From contig RQSC01001104.1 of assembly GCA_013416795.1 (NCBI GenBank), forward strand, positions 46,921 through 61,674: a stretch of 14,754 bases of DNA. Direction: 5' to 3'. Below, in pieces: positions 7,669 through 14,754 of the stretch (position 1 is its first letter; every line of letters starts with the position of its first letter). The notes under the pieces were generated by a model, which had not been told where the DNA came from, searched no databases, and worked only from the letters and a program-made list of their open reading frames with translations. This DNA comes from Prasinococcaceae sp. CCMP 1430. Its lineage: Eukaryota > Plantae > Prasinodermophyta. The position numbers and the translations under genes are program-made.

Positions 7669-9954
7669 ATGCCGCGAGCGAGTCCGTTCGCGAGCCCGCC
7701 TCCCAGCCCGCCGCGGCACGGGGGCGCAGCTGGCGGCCGCCGGAGTGGGGAGCGGCCCACACCCAAGACATGGACGGAGCAATCTTTTGAGCTCGCAGGG
7801 AGCGCCAAGGCGGAAGCGCGCGGCTCGGACAGCGCGCACTGGTGCTGGGCGCGCTTCAGCGGTACCGGCAGTGGCGGAGCGGCGCGTGGAGGTCCGCGGC
7901 GCGAGCAGAAGGAGCGGGGCGAACGCCCGAAGGGCGGCAACGGCGGGCTGCGCACGCGCGCGGTGGGTACGAAGAGGAAGTCGGTCCTCTGGCTTTCGGT
8001 GACAACACTGCTCGTCGCCATGCTGTTGCTCGTGCGCGCGGAAATGCTGCCCGCGCGCACGATGACTGCCACGAGGGCCGCGTGTTTCTCGGCCATGTGC
8101 GCTGTTTTTCTTTCGCACGACGCAATCAACCGCCTAATCGGCCAGCGCTTTGACGACGAGGCCATGGAGCGGCGCTTCACAGATGAACGCGTCGGCTACG
8201 CGCGCACCGCGGCGGAAGGCACCGCGTTGATGCTGCAACTAGGCTTTGGGACATTGGAGGGCTCGCTGGTCTTCCGACCCACGCTGGGCTATGCGGCAGT
8301 GGCTGGGCTCAATGCCATCATCATGTACACGTATCGTGACATCCTTCGCAGCCCAGCCGCAGCCCCGGCTAGGCCGTATGGCCTGTCGCTAGCTTGGCTC
8401 GGCTCGATGACATGGGTAGACTGGACGCGGTCTGTTTTGTACATTTGGCTTCCGATCTACGCTACGGCCATACAGACAGAACGGTGGTTGCAGAGCGAAC
8501 AGTACGCGCTGATGTACCAAGTCGCGATACCGATCACGATGCTTGTCATACCTGGCGTGACGATCGCCGACCACTTGGGCAACGTGCTCAACTTTCTAGG
8601 TTTCTTTGCACCCTACCACTGGCGAAGGTATACCTTCTGGGGACCTCTGCTTGGCATGAACCTCATGATGCTGCTGTACCGGCGAGCCGAGAGGGAATGC
8701 TTCCGGCGCGAGTCAGCGGCCAACGCGCAGCTCTCGCGCGCGCTGCGGTTTTTGAGCCACGAAGTGAGAAACCAGGTTGGGCCCTGTAGTTCCATCATTG
8801 CGGCACAACAATTCAACAACCCGGACGACCAACGCGCGCTACTGCTTGCGCTGGGGTCTGTGAATGGCATCCTGAGCAACGTCCTGCTCATGGCGCAACT
8901 GGACGACGAGAAGGCGCCTGTGAGCTTCCCGAGGCGCATTTTCCGCCTTCGCGACTGGATGGATGTGACGGCCGCGATCGGCCAACAAAATGTGCGGGAC
9001 GGCGTGGAATTCTTGCTTGCCGCTGGCGATAGCGACATCGCCGAGCAGTGGGTGCTTGGCGCGCTGCCGGCGCTGACACAGGTGGTAAGCAACGTGCTGA
9101 GCAACGCTTGCAAGTTCACATCGGAGGGGGCTGTGGTGCTCAGTTGGACCTTCGTGGAGGCGCTGGTTGCCCATGAGGACGGTGCTAAGGACAGGCGCTC
9201 CAGCGGGGACGACTCAGTCGTCATGAATATAGAAGTGGTGTGCGAGGACACGGGGTGTGGCATCCCACAAGAGAAGCTGCCTGGGCTTCTTGGACACTTC
9301 GGCCAGGTGCAGTCCGGTGACCCGGCACGTCACGAGGGCACGGGGCTAGGCATGCCGCTCGCAAAGCGATTGTTGGAGAGAATGGGCGGGACTTTCGAAG
9401 TGCGCTCGCAGGTTGGCGTGGGCACGACGGTTCGCATGACTGTCAGCCTGCCTGCTAGGCGCCCTGAGACGGACGCAGCCGCCGACGCGGCGGGCGGCGG
9501 CGCACTCATCGCGCGACTGCTCAGCCGCATACATTTGCCGCGCGACCTGACTAAAGACGTGCTGGCCGTGGACGACTCGCGGCTCTGCCGCATGGTTTAT
9601 GAGCGCGCCTGCCGTCAGAAGGGCTTGACGGTAGCGCTGGCTGGCGATGGCATCGAGGCGGTGCAGCGCGTGCAGGATGGGGAGAAGTTCGGTCTGGTTA
9701 TCCTCGACCACGACATGCCGCAGATGGACGGCCTCAACGCGGCGGCGGCCTGCCGCGCGGCCGGCTATTGCGGCGTGATGATCATGGTGACAGGCAACGA
9801 ATACACGGACAGGGAGCGCGAAAACCGCTGCAAGCGATGCGGTCTGGACCATATCTTCACAAAGGGTGACGTGCCAGGCATCAACGGCCTGCTCGATGCC
9901 TGGGGCGATCGCCGACAGCGGCAGGAGGGCGCGGGAGCGGGAGAGGCGCAATGA
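7669..9954 (+). CDS. Membrane-bound hybrid histidine kinase (TM sensor - HisKA - HATPase_c - receiver), ~761 aa, intronless
   Basis: H-box FLSHEVRN (His 8758-8760), N-box VSNVLSNACKFT, G1 EDTGCGIP, G2 GTGLGMPLAKRLLERMGG, and receiver VLAVDD...LDHDMPQMDG (Asp 9706-9708)...VTG...TK. About 6-7 hydrophobic helices lie N-terminal to the H-box. The start is taken as the first in-frame ATG (7669). Confidence 0.95.
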   Translation: MPRASPFASPPPSPPRHGGAAGGRRSGERPTPKTWTEQSFELAGSAKAEARGSDSAHWCWARFSGTGSGGAARGGPRREQKERGERPKGGNGGLRTRAVGTKRKSVLWLSVTTLLVAMLLLVRAEMLPARTMTATRAACFSAMCAVFLSHDAINRLIGQRFDDEAMERRFTDERVGYARTAAEGTALMLQLGFGTLEGSLVFRPTLGYAAVAGLNAIIMYTYRDILRSPAAAPARPYGLSLAWLGSMTWVDWTRSVLYIWLPIYATAIQTERWLQSEQYALMYQVAIPITMLVIPGVTIADHLGNVLNFLGFFAPYHWRRYTFWGPLLGMNLMMLLYRRAERECFRRESAANAQLSRALRFLSHEVRNQVGPCSSIIAAQQFNNPDDQRALLLALGSVNGILSNVLLMAQLDDEKAPVSFPRRIFRLRDWMDVTAAIGQQNVRDGVEFLLAAGDSDIAEQWVLGALPALTQVVSNVLSNACKFTSEGAVVLSWTFVEALVAHEDGAKDRRSSGDDSVVMNIEVVCEDTGCGIPQEKLPGLLGHFGQVQSGDPARHEGTGLGMPLAKRLLERMGGTFEVRSQVGVGTTVRMTVSLPARRPETDAAADAAGGGALIARLLSRIHLPRDLTKDVLAVDDSRLCRMVYERACRQKGLTVALAGDGIEAVQRVQDGEKFGLVILDHDMPQMDGLNAAAACRAAGYCGVMIMVTGNEYTDRERENRCKRCGLDHIFTKGDVPGINGLLDAWGDRRQRQEGAGAGEAQ

Positions 9955-9980
9955 TACGTTTGGTGACAAAATTCAATTCA

Positions 9981-11741
9981 TTACTTTCCGGCTCGAACGG
10001 CAGCGAGCTTGCGCTTGAGGGCCTCAACTTGGTCACCTCTCGTGGGCATGCTCAGGAGCTCCGTCCAGCCGACACGCACGACGCGATATCCCATTGCGCT
10101 CATGACGCGAGTCGTCAGCCGCGTGGGGCCAGTTTCTCGTGAGCCATCAGCAGTGAAGTGTGATGGGCCGTCGACTTCGACAGCGACGGCTGGCTCAGAT
10201 TCTCCCTGGACGCTCGGGCGCGGGAGCACGAGCATGTCCGCCCTCAGCCCACCGACGCCTGTCGGCGTCGCGAGCAGAGACTCAAGCTCGACTCGCTCTC
10301 CTAGGCGCTCTAGCGCGAGCTGCACTTCCTTGGCTGCCGAACTGACAGTCACGTCTGAGGCGTCGAAGGCAGCGCGCGCGCCTTGTAGCGCGACCGGTGG
10401 CAGCCTCGAGCATAGCTCGGCACCGTACTCGCCGCCAACCGTGTCGAGAGCTGTGAGCATCTGCCAAACCTGCTGCAGCTCCCTCTTCTTGGCACTCGCC
10501 CACACCACAGGCTCAAGTCCGCACATCCTATCCCAGAGCGCGCCGAAGGCTGGCGAGTTGTGCTCGTCGGCGACCACCAGCGCCCATCCACACGATGCGA
10601 GCTCTGACAGGCCGTAGTTCTCCAGGGACAGGGCACCTTCGCCAGGGCTGTCCCTCCAGTGGTAGCTCAGCACCTGCAAAAGGGGGACAAGTTCGTCTTG
10701 GCCGCCCTCAGCATCGGCGTGGCCTTCGTCGCCCCTGGCATCATTGTTCCCCATGGTGGCCAGCGCCCAGAGCGCCGCAGAGAGCGCCTCGGGACGCAGC
10801 TCCGACGCGCCTTGCATGGCGATCTTCTCCGCAGCAGTCGCATATAGCCGGGGGCAATCAATGCGCAGTTTGGCGAACACGTACAGCAGATTCGCGAGAG
10901 CCTCCTCTGAGAGAGACACAGAGTATGGACCACCCAGCGAGTCGGCCGCGGCAGCTGCAAGCTCTTGCAGGTCGTCTGCGTACCTCAGGCCAACCCGCTC
11001 GCCCGCAAGCAGGTGGGCCTTGGCAGCTGACGCAAGCTCGGACGCTGGGGCCTGCGCGCCCGCGTCGATGAGCCGCCTCGTGGCAGCCCGGAAGTTCTCA
11101 GTGCTAACCAGCGCGAGGCGCTCTTGCTGCCGCGCTGCGGCTGTGCCCGCGTTGGCGCCAGCCTCACTGACAGCGTACGCTAGACCCGTGCCGACGTTGT
11201 CGAGATGCAGCCGCGTGCTCGCCAGCCGCACAGCCTCCAACGGCGTCCCCGCGTATCCAAGGTGGAAGCGCACCTCGCCTGGGGTTTCAAGGCGCGCAAG
11301 AGGAGCGGCACCGCGCTTTTCGGCGGCCTTGGCGCGCCGCTCACGTTGGCGTTGGCGCCTGGTTTCGGCCGCTTCCATTCGCTCGCGCCGGCGCTGCCGT
11401 TTCTGCCGGCGCATGGCATTTGGCTTGTGCTTTGTTGCCTCCGCGTCGGCACGGCGCTCCGCGAGCCGCGCCTCTGCGCGCGCGCGAGCGTCTGCTGCAA
11501 GCGAGTACTCCGGAGTGCTCGCCACCCGAGAGTACTCGCCCACGCGGGGCTCACGCGCGTTGAGGGAAATCCCGACACCTGCAGCCGCCGCCGCCGGAGG
11601 GGTTGAGCCACCGTCTCCCTCGCTCTCCACGTCGCCAACGCCAGCGGCGCGCGCGCGCGGCTGCACGCGCCGCGCCCCGCGCGTGTCCGCGCGCGCAGCG
11701 CACGCTTGAGGGTGCCCAACACGCGCACACGCGAACGCCAT
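9981..11741 (-). CDS. RAP-domain protein with OPR/FAST-like helical repeats, probably organelle (plastid) targeted, 586 aa
   Basis: C-terminal RAP signature LRADMLV...VAVEVDGPSHF...TRLTTRVMSAMGYRVVRVGWTEL. Repeats resembling OPR/FAST: EEALANLLYVFAKL, PEALSAALWALATMG and SELASCGWALVV. The Ala/Arg-rich N-terminus resembles a transit peptide. Confidence 0.9.
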   Translation of the reverse strand: MAFACARVGHPQACAARADTRGARRVQPRARAAGVGDVESEGDGGSTPPAAAAAGVGISLNAREPRVGEYSRVASTPEYSLAADARARAEARLAERRADAEATKHKPNAMRRQKRQRRRERMEAAETRRQRQRERRAKAAEKRGAAPLARLETPGEVRFHLGYAGTPLEAVRLASTRLHLDNVGTGLAYAVSEAGANAGTAAARQQERLALVSTENFRAATRRLIDAGAQAPASELASAAKAHLLAGERVGLRYADDLQELAAAAADSLGGPYSVSLSEEALANLLYVFAKLRIDCPRLYATAAEKIAMQGASELRPEALSAALWALATMGNNDARGDEGHADAEGGQDELVPLLQVLSYHWRDSPGEGALSLENYGLSELASCGWALVVADEHNSPAFGALWDRMCGLEPVVWASAKKRELQQVWQMLTALDTVGGEYGAELCSRLPPVALQGARAAFDASDVTVSSAAKEVQLALERLGERVELESLLATPTGVGGLRADMLVLPRPSVQGESEPAVAVEVDGPSHFTADGSRETGPTRLTTRVMSAMGYRVVRVGWTELLSMPTRGDQVEALKRKLAAVRAGK

Positions 11742-12506
11742 AGTCCAAGCGCGGAGGGCGCGTACACGCACGCGTGTGTTGCGCCGGGGCTTCGGGAAAG
11801 GCGGCGCTCACCGCTTCACCCCCACCCCCTGGCCGCCCGAAAGGCGCGCCCAGCGCTGGCGCGCGCTCCCGCGCGGCGCGCGTGCCGTGGCCGCGCGAGC
11901 GAGCGTGCGTCGTCGGGCGCCTGGCCCCGCACCTGCCCCTCCCCACCTTACCACCCCGAGCCCGCCGCCACGCCACCGCCGCGCCGTGGCGCCGGGCTGT
12001 GGCGTGCCGGGGCGCGGCACCGCCCCACGCGAGCACGACCCGCGAGGGTAGGGGAGTGAGCACATTCGGGATGCATTCGTCCGTTGGACTAATACCCTAA
12101 CATAAACCCGAACTCCGGTCGCATACCCACATATGAAAAGTAATTGGATGCCTCGCGGGTATGTTAGGGTACATCCGGCGGCTGCGCCGCTTTTCGCGCC
12201 AACCGGGCGAGGGCTTCGGGTGTGGGCGCACGCGCAGCCGCCGCCGCGGGCCACCACACCGCGCGCGTGCAGGCACGCCTCTCTCCCCGCGCCGTCCACC
12301 CCCATCGCTCGCTCGCTTGGCAAGACCTCTACCAAGCACCGCCGTAGGCGCCCCCGACCTTGTTGCCGTCGCTGCCTCCGCACCCGGCGCGCACCTGCCA
12401 GCCCCGGCGCGGGGCGGGGGAGGCAGAGGCAGGGCACAGTGTGTGCGCTCGGCGTGCGCCGAGGCCGCCGAGGGCACCGTCAGGGACGCGCGTGCGGCGT
12501 GGCATC
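11742..12506. promoter_or_regulatory. Divergent region between the RAP protein gene and the NusG-like gene
   Basis: Lies between head-to-head starts, with a ~50% GC core at 12061-12180 (counted) inside much more GC-rich flanks. Confidence 0.55.
12093..12171. repeat. 12-bp perfect inverted repeat TACCCTAACATA / TATGTTAGGGTA
   Basis: Arms at 12093-12104 and 12160-12171 are exact reverse complements, with a 55-nt spacer. Confidence 0.92.
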
Positions 12507-13649
12507 ATGCAAGCGCTGAGGGCGCCGGCCAGGTGCTCGCTTTTCGACAAGGGGGATGCCTTGTCAGGGGGCGGCGCGACGCGTCGTCGCCGACGCGGTG
12601 GTGGGAGCGGGACAGGCAATGCTGGCAGGGGCGCGGCGCAGCGCCAGCAGGAGGAGCGCGGAGCCAAGCGCGAGTACGCCGATAGCCGCGAGGCAGAGGC
12701 GCGCTGGTACGCCGTCCAGACGCAAATGGGGCGCCAGGACGACATCGAGCGCTTCGCGCGCCAGAAGGACGTCGTTGCGCTCGGCGGATTCGAGTGCCAC
12801 ACTCCGATGCTCACTCAGTACACCCGCACGTCGAAGGGCTTGCTCTCAGAACGCAAGGTGCCTGTGACGGCCGGAATGTCCATCATTAAGTTCAAGTACA
12901 GGTACGGCCTGCGCTCGCGCGGCGTGTCCTCGCACGGGCGGGAGGTCCCTGACGAGGCCGGCGGCCGTGGCCGCCCCAGCCCTTATGCACGCCATCGCGC
13001 CTGCTACCCTGTGCCACGCGCATACCCGCCCGCGCTGACACCGCTCGCGACGGCGACTCGGCAGCCGCGAGATGATGTTTCTCATCGGCCAATCCAAGCT
13101 ATTCGTCCGCTTCCTGAGCCGCAAGACGACCTGGTCCACCTCGAGCATGAACATGAAAGTCATCGATGCCGACACCGACCCGGGTGAGCCACTGACACAG
13201 GAGGAGGTGGACTGGATGTTCAGGAGCGAGGAGCAGGATGGCGGGGAGTACACATCCATGACAGAGCGCGGCAGAGATCCCAACGAGGTGATCAAGGTGA
13301 GTATGCTAGAGCACAGGCGTGCATGGTGGAGAAGAGGCGAAAGGCGGCGACATTGTGCGATTGCTGGCGTCGCCTTCCTGATCCTAACGTGCCGCTGCAT
13401 CGCGCGAATGCCTGCCACACTCATGCGCCGTGGCTCTCGTCGTCGTCGCCGCTCGGCGCCATGCAGACCGGCCTCGAGACGAACGACCTCGTTGAGGTGA
13501 TTGCTGACGGCCCCTTCAAGGGCTTTGAGGGGCACGTGGTGGAGATCCTCGATGACGAGAGGCTCATCATCTCGCTGAGCGTCTTCGGCAAGGACACTCC
13601 CATGGAGATGGCCAAGGCGCACGTCAAGCAGCTCGCCGTGGGGCAGTGA
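12507..13649 (+). CDS. nusG: NusG-family transcription elongation factor (NGN + KOW), plastid pTAC13-like, 269 aa; exons 12507-12901, 13065-13296, 13467-13649
   Basis: NGN start WYAVQT..G, the segment FECHTP...KG..SERKVPV.AG, and KOW LETNDLVEVIADGPFKGFEG...ISLSVFGKDTPME. The two GT-AG introns restore a gap-free alignment to the NusG PGYVLV...GF region (by eye). The upstream extent of exon 1 is uncertain. Confidence 0.9.
12902..13064 (+). other. Spliceosomal intron 1 of the NusG-like gene (163 nt, phase 2)
   Basis: AG|GTACGG...GCTGACA (13034-13040)...GGCAG. An alternative in-phase donor exists at 12896. Confidence 0.82.
13297..13466 (+). other. Spliceosomal intron 2 of the NusG-like gene (170 nt, phase 0)
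   Basis: AAG|GTGAGT...CCTAAC (13383-13388)...ATGCAG, with no AG between branch motif and acceptor. Confidence 0.85.
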
Positions 13650-13786
13650 GTGCGCGCAGACGCTGGTACCGGCGGCAGCAGCACGGGAGGCTTGGTGATC
13701 GACCTCTGGCAGCCCTTCGCACCAGCAAGCTCGAGCGTTGCGGCAGCGGCAGCGGCAACGACAGGGACGAGCGCGCGCACGGCAGT

Positions 13787-13791
13787 TGTAA
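13787..13791 (+). promoter_or_regulatory. Candidate UGUAA polyadenylation signal for the NusG-like gene
   Basis: TGTAA lies ~140 nt after the NusG stop and before the stop of the convergent gene. Use is inferred. Confidence 0.5.
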
Positions 13792-13837
13792 ATATGGCTC
13801 ATCCTCACACGCCGCCTGCCTTATTATGTGTTTTCTC

Positions 13838-14644
13838 TCAAAGCTCGAGAGCCGCCTCGGCCGTGTACTCAAGCACGGCCAGCTCCTCCTCGGAATCGTT
13901 GGCCTCGTGGGCAGTCGCGCGCCTGCGGCGCTCGGCCTCGTCCAGCCCCCCCGCACAGCCCCTCTTGGTGGTCCTTCGCGGCCTCTCGCCAACATCAAAT
14001 TTGGCACCGTGGCGGCCGCGCTCTGCGAAGCCCATGCACCTCGCGTACTCCGCCAGCACGATGCTCGCTGCGACAGCGACGTTCAGGCTGGCCGTGCCAG
14101 CCCCGTACTGAGGGATGTACACTAGGCGGTCGCAGATGGCCAGTTCGTCATCGGAAAGCCCGTGCCCCTCGTTGCCGAGCAAGAAGGCAGTGCCGCCTGG
14201 CGGACCCCCGTCGCTGCAGGCGCAGCCGCGGGCTGCTGACCCGCCGTCCCGTCGCCATTCAAAATCGTACAGGTTGATCGCGCGCTCGTCAATCTCGACG
14301 CCGACAATCTCCACGCCGCGCCGCTCCTTGAGCTCCACCACAGCGTCATTGACAGAGGGAGCGTGGCCGACGCGAACGTACAGGTCGGAGCCGTGACTTC
14401 CGAACGTGTTGAACTCGCGGCTGCCGATGATGAACATGTCGCAGCTGAACGCCGCGCACGAGCGGATGAGCGTGCCAACATTGGCACGCTTGGTGACGTT
14501 GTGCACGAGGAGATACCCTCGCGGAGGCGCGGGAGGTGCTCCGCCACACCCGTCCGCCTCCTCATCACTCTGGCGCTCGTGCTGCAGCACCGCACCAGCC
14601 GCAGCCGCAGGCGCAGCGGCGGCGGCGGCATGCTCGGGCGCCAT
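13838..14644 (-). CDS. SpoU/TrmH-family (SPOUT) tRNA/rRNA 2'-O-methyltransferase, 268 aa, intronless
   Basis: Motif 1 HNVTKRANVGTLIRSCAAF, motif 2 FLLGNEGHGL and motif 3 IPQYGAGTASLNVAVAASIVL. FNTFGSHGS and IPQYG.GTASLNV match the plant/algal single-domain SpoU subfamily. The RNA substrate cannot be assigned from sequence. Confidence 0.95.
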   Translation of the reverse strand: MAPEHAAAAAAPAAAAGAVLQHERQSDEEADGCGGAPPAPPRGYLLVHNVTKRANVGTLIRSCAAFSCDMFIIGSREFNTFGSHGSDLYVRVGHAPSVNDAVVELKERRGVEIVGVEIDERAINLYDFEWRRDGGSAARGCACSDGGPPGGTAFLLGNEGHGLSDDELAICDRLVYIPQYGAGTASLNVAVAASIVLAEYARCMGFAERGRHGAKFDVGERPRRTTKRGCAGGLDEAERRRRATAHEANDSEEELAVLEYTAEAALEL

Positions 14645-14754
14645 CCGCGCCGGCACGCCAGCGCACTGTCGCGTGCCGCACGCCGCAGCCCGGCCTCTCT
14701 CCTCCCCCTCCTCCCCCGCCCCCCTCGGCCCGCCCTCCTCGCTGCCGCCGCGCA

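Noticed and set aside
8070-8140. C...SH in kinase helix 2 as a possible ethylene-receptor copper site
   Set aside because: The spacing differs from CGxTH (C-x3-H), the helix-1 D..IA.AYFSIP motif is absent, and there is no GAF domain.
8400-8450. MTWVDW in the kinase sensor resembles the RYxDW motif of microbial rhodopsin helix C (rhodopsin-histidine kinase idea)
   Set aside because: There is no Arg-Tyr, too few helices follow, and the last helix has no retinal-binding Lys (no DxxxK).
14214-14240. 27-nt in-frame GT...AG segment inside the SpoU insertion as a possible mini-intron
   Set aside because: It is far shorter than the supported introns, has no branch motif, and the frame is open either way.
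1-14754. tRNA, rRNA, snRNA genes, CRISPR arrays, transposase or reverse transcriptase ORFs
   Set aside because: No cloverleaf, conserved rRNA or U snRNA sequence, repeat-spacer array or transposon protein motif was found by eye. A tRNAscan-SE/Infernal run would be needed to exclude divergent RNAs.

Overview
GC-rich, gene-dense eukaryotic nuclear DNA. It has spliceosomal GT-AG introns of 124-170 nt with CTRAC branch points, plus nuclear genes for probable plastid factors (a pTAC13-like NusG and a RAP-domain protein). This suggests a green alga, possibly prasinophyte-grade, although the taxon is inferred. Eight genes in strictly alternating orientation are supported: a coiled-coil hypothetical protein (+), a DCN1-like protein (-, 3 exons), Rab geranylgeranyltransferase beta (+), a group XII-like secreted-type phospholipase A2 with C-terminal HDEL (-), a multi-pass membrane hybrid histidine kinase (+), an OPR/FAST-like RAP-domain protein (-), a NusG/pTAC13-like protein (+, 3 exons) and a SpoU/TrmH methyltransferase (-). 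The first ~1.9 kb has no recognisable gene and shows 4-nt periodicity. No tRNA, rRNA, CRISPR array or intact mobile element was seen. The most notable items are the probable PLA2 pseudoenzyme (HD changed to HG, Ca2+ loop lost, HDEL tail), the histidine kinase with an unrecognised ~6-7 TM sensor, the head-to-head RAP/NusG pair with an inverted repeat between them, and small structured elements in the divergent intergenic regions. I do not see convincing evidence for a wholly new multi-gene system.
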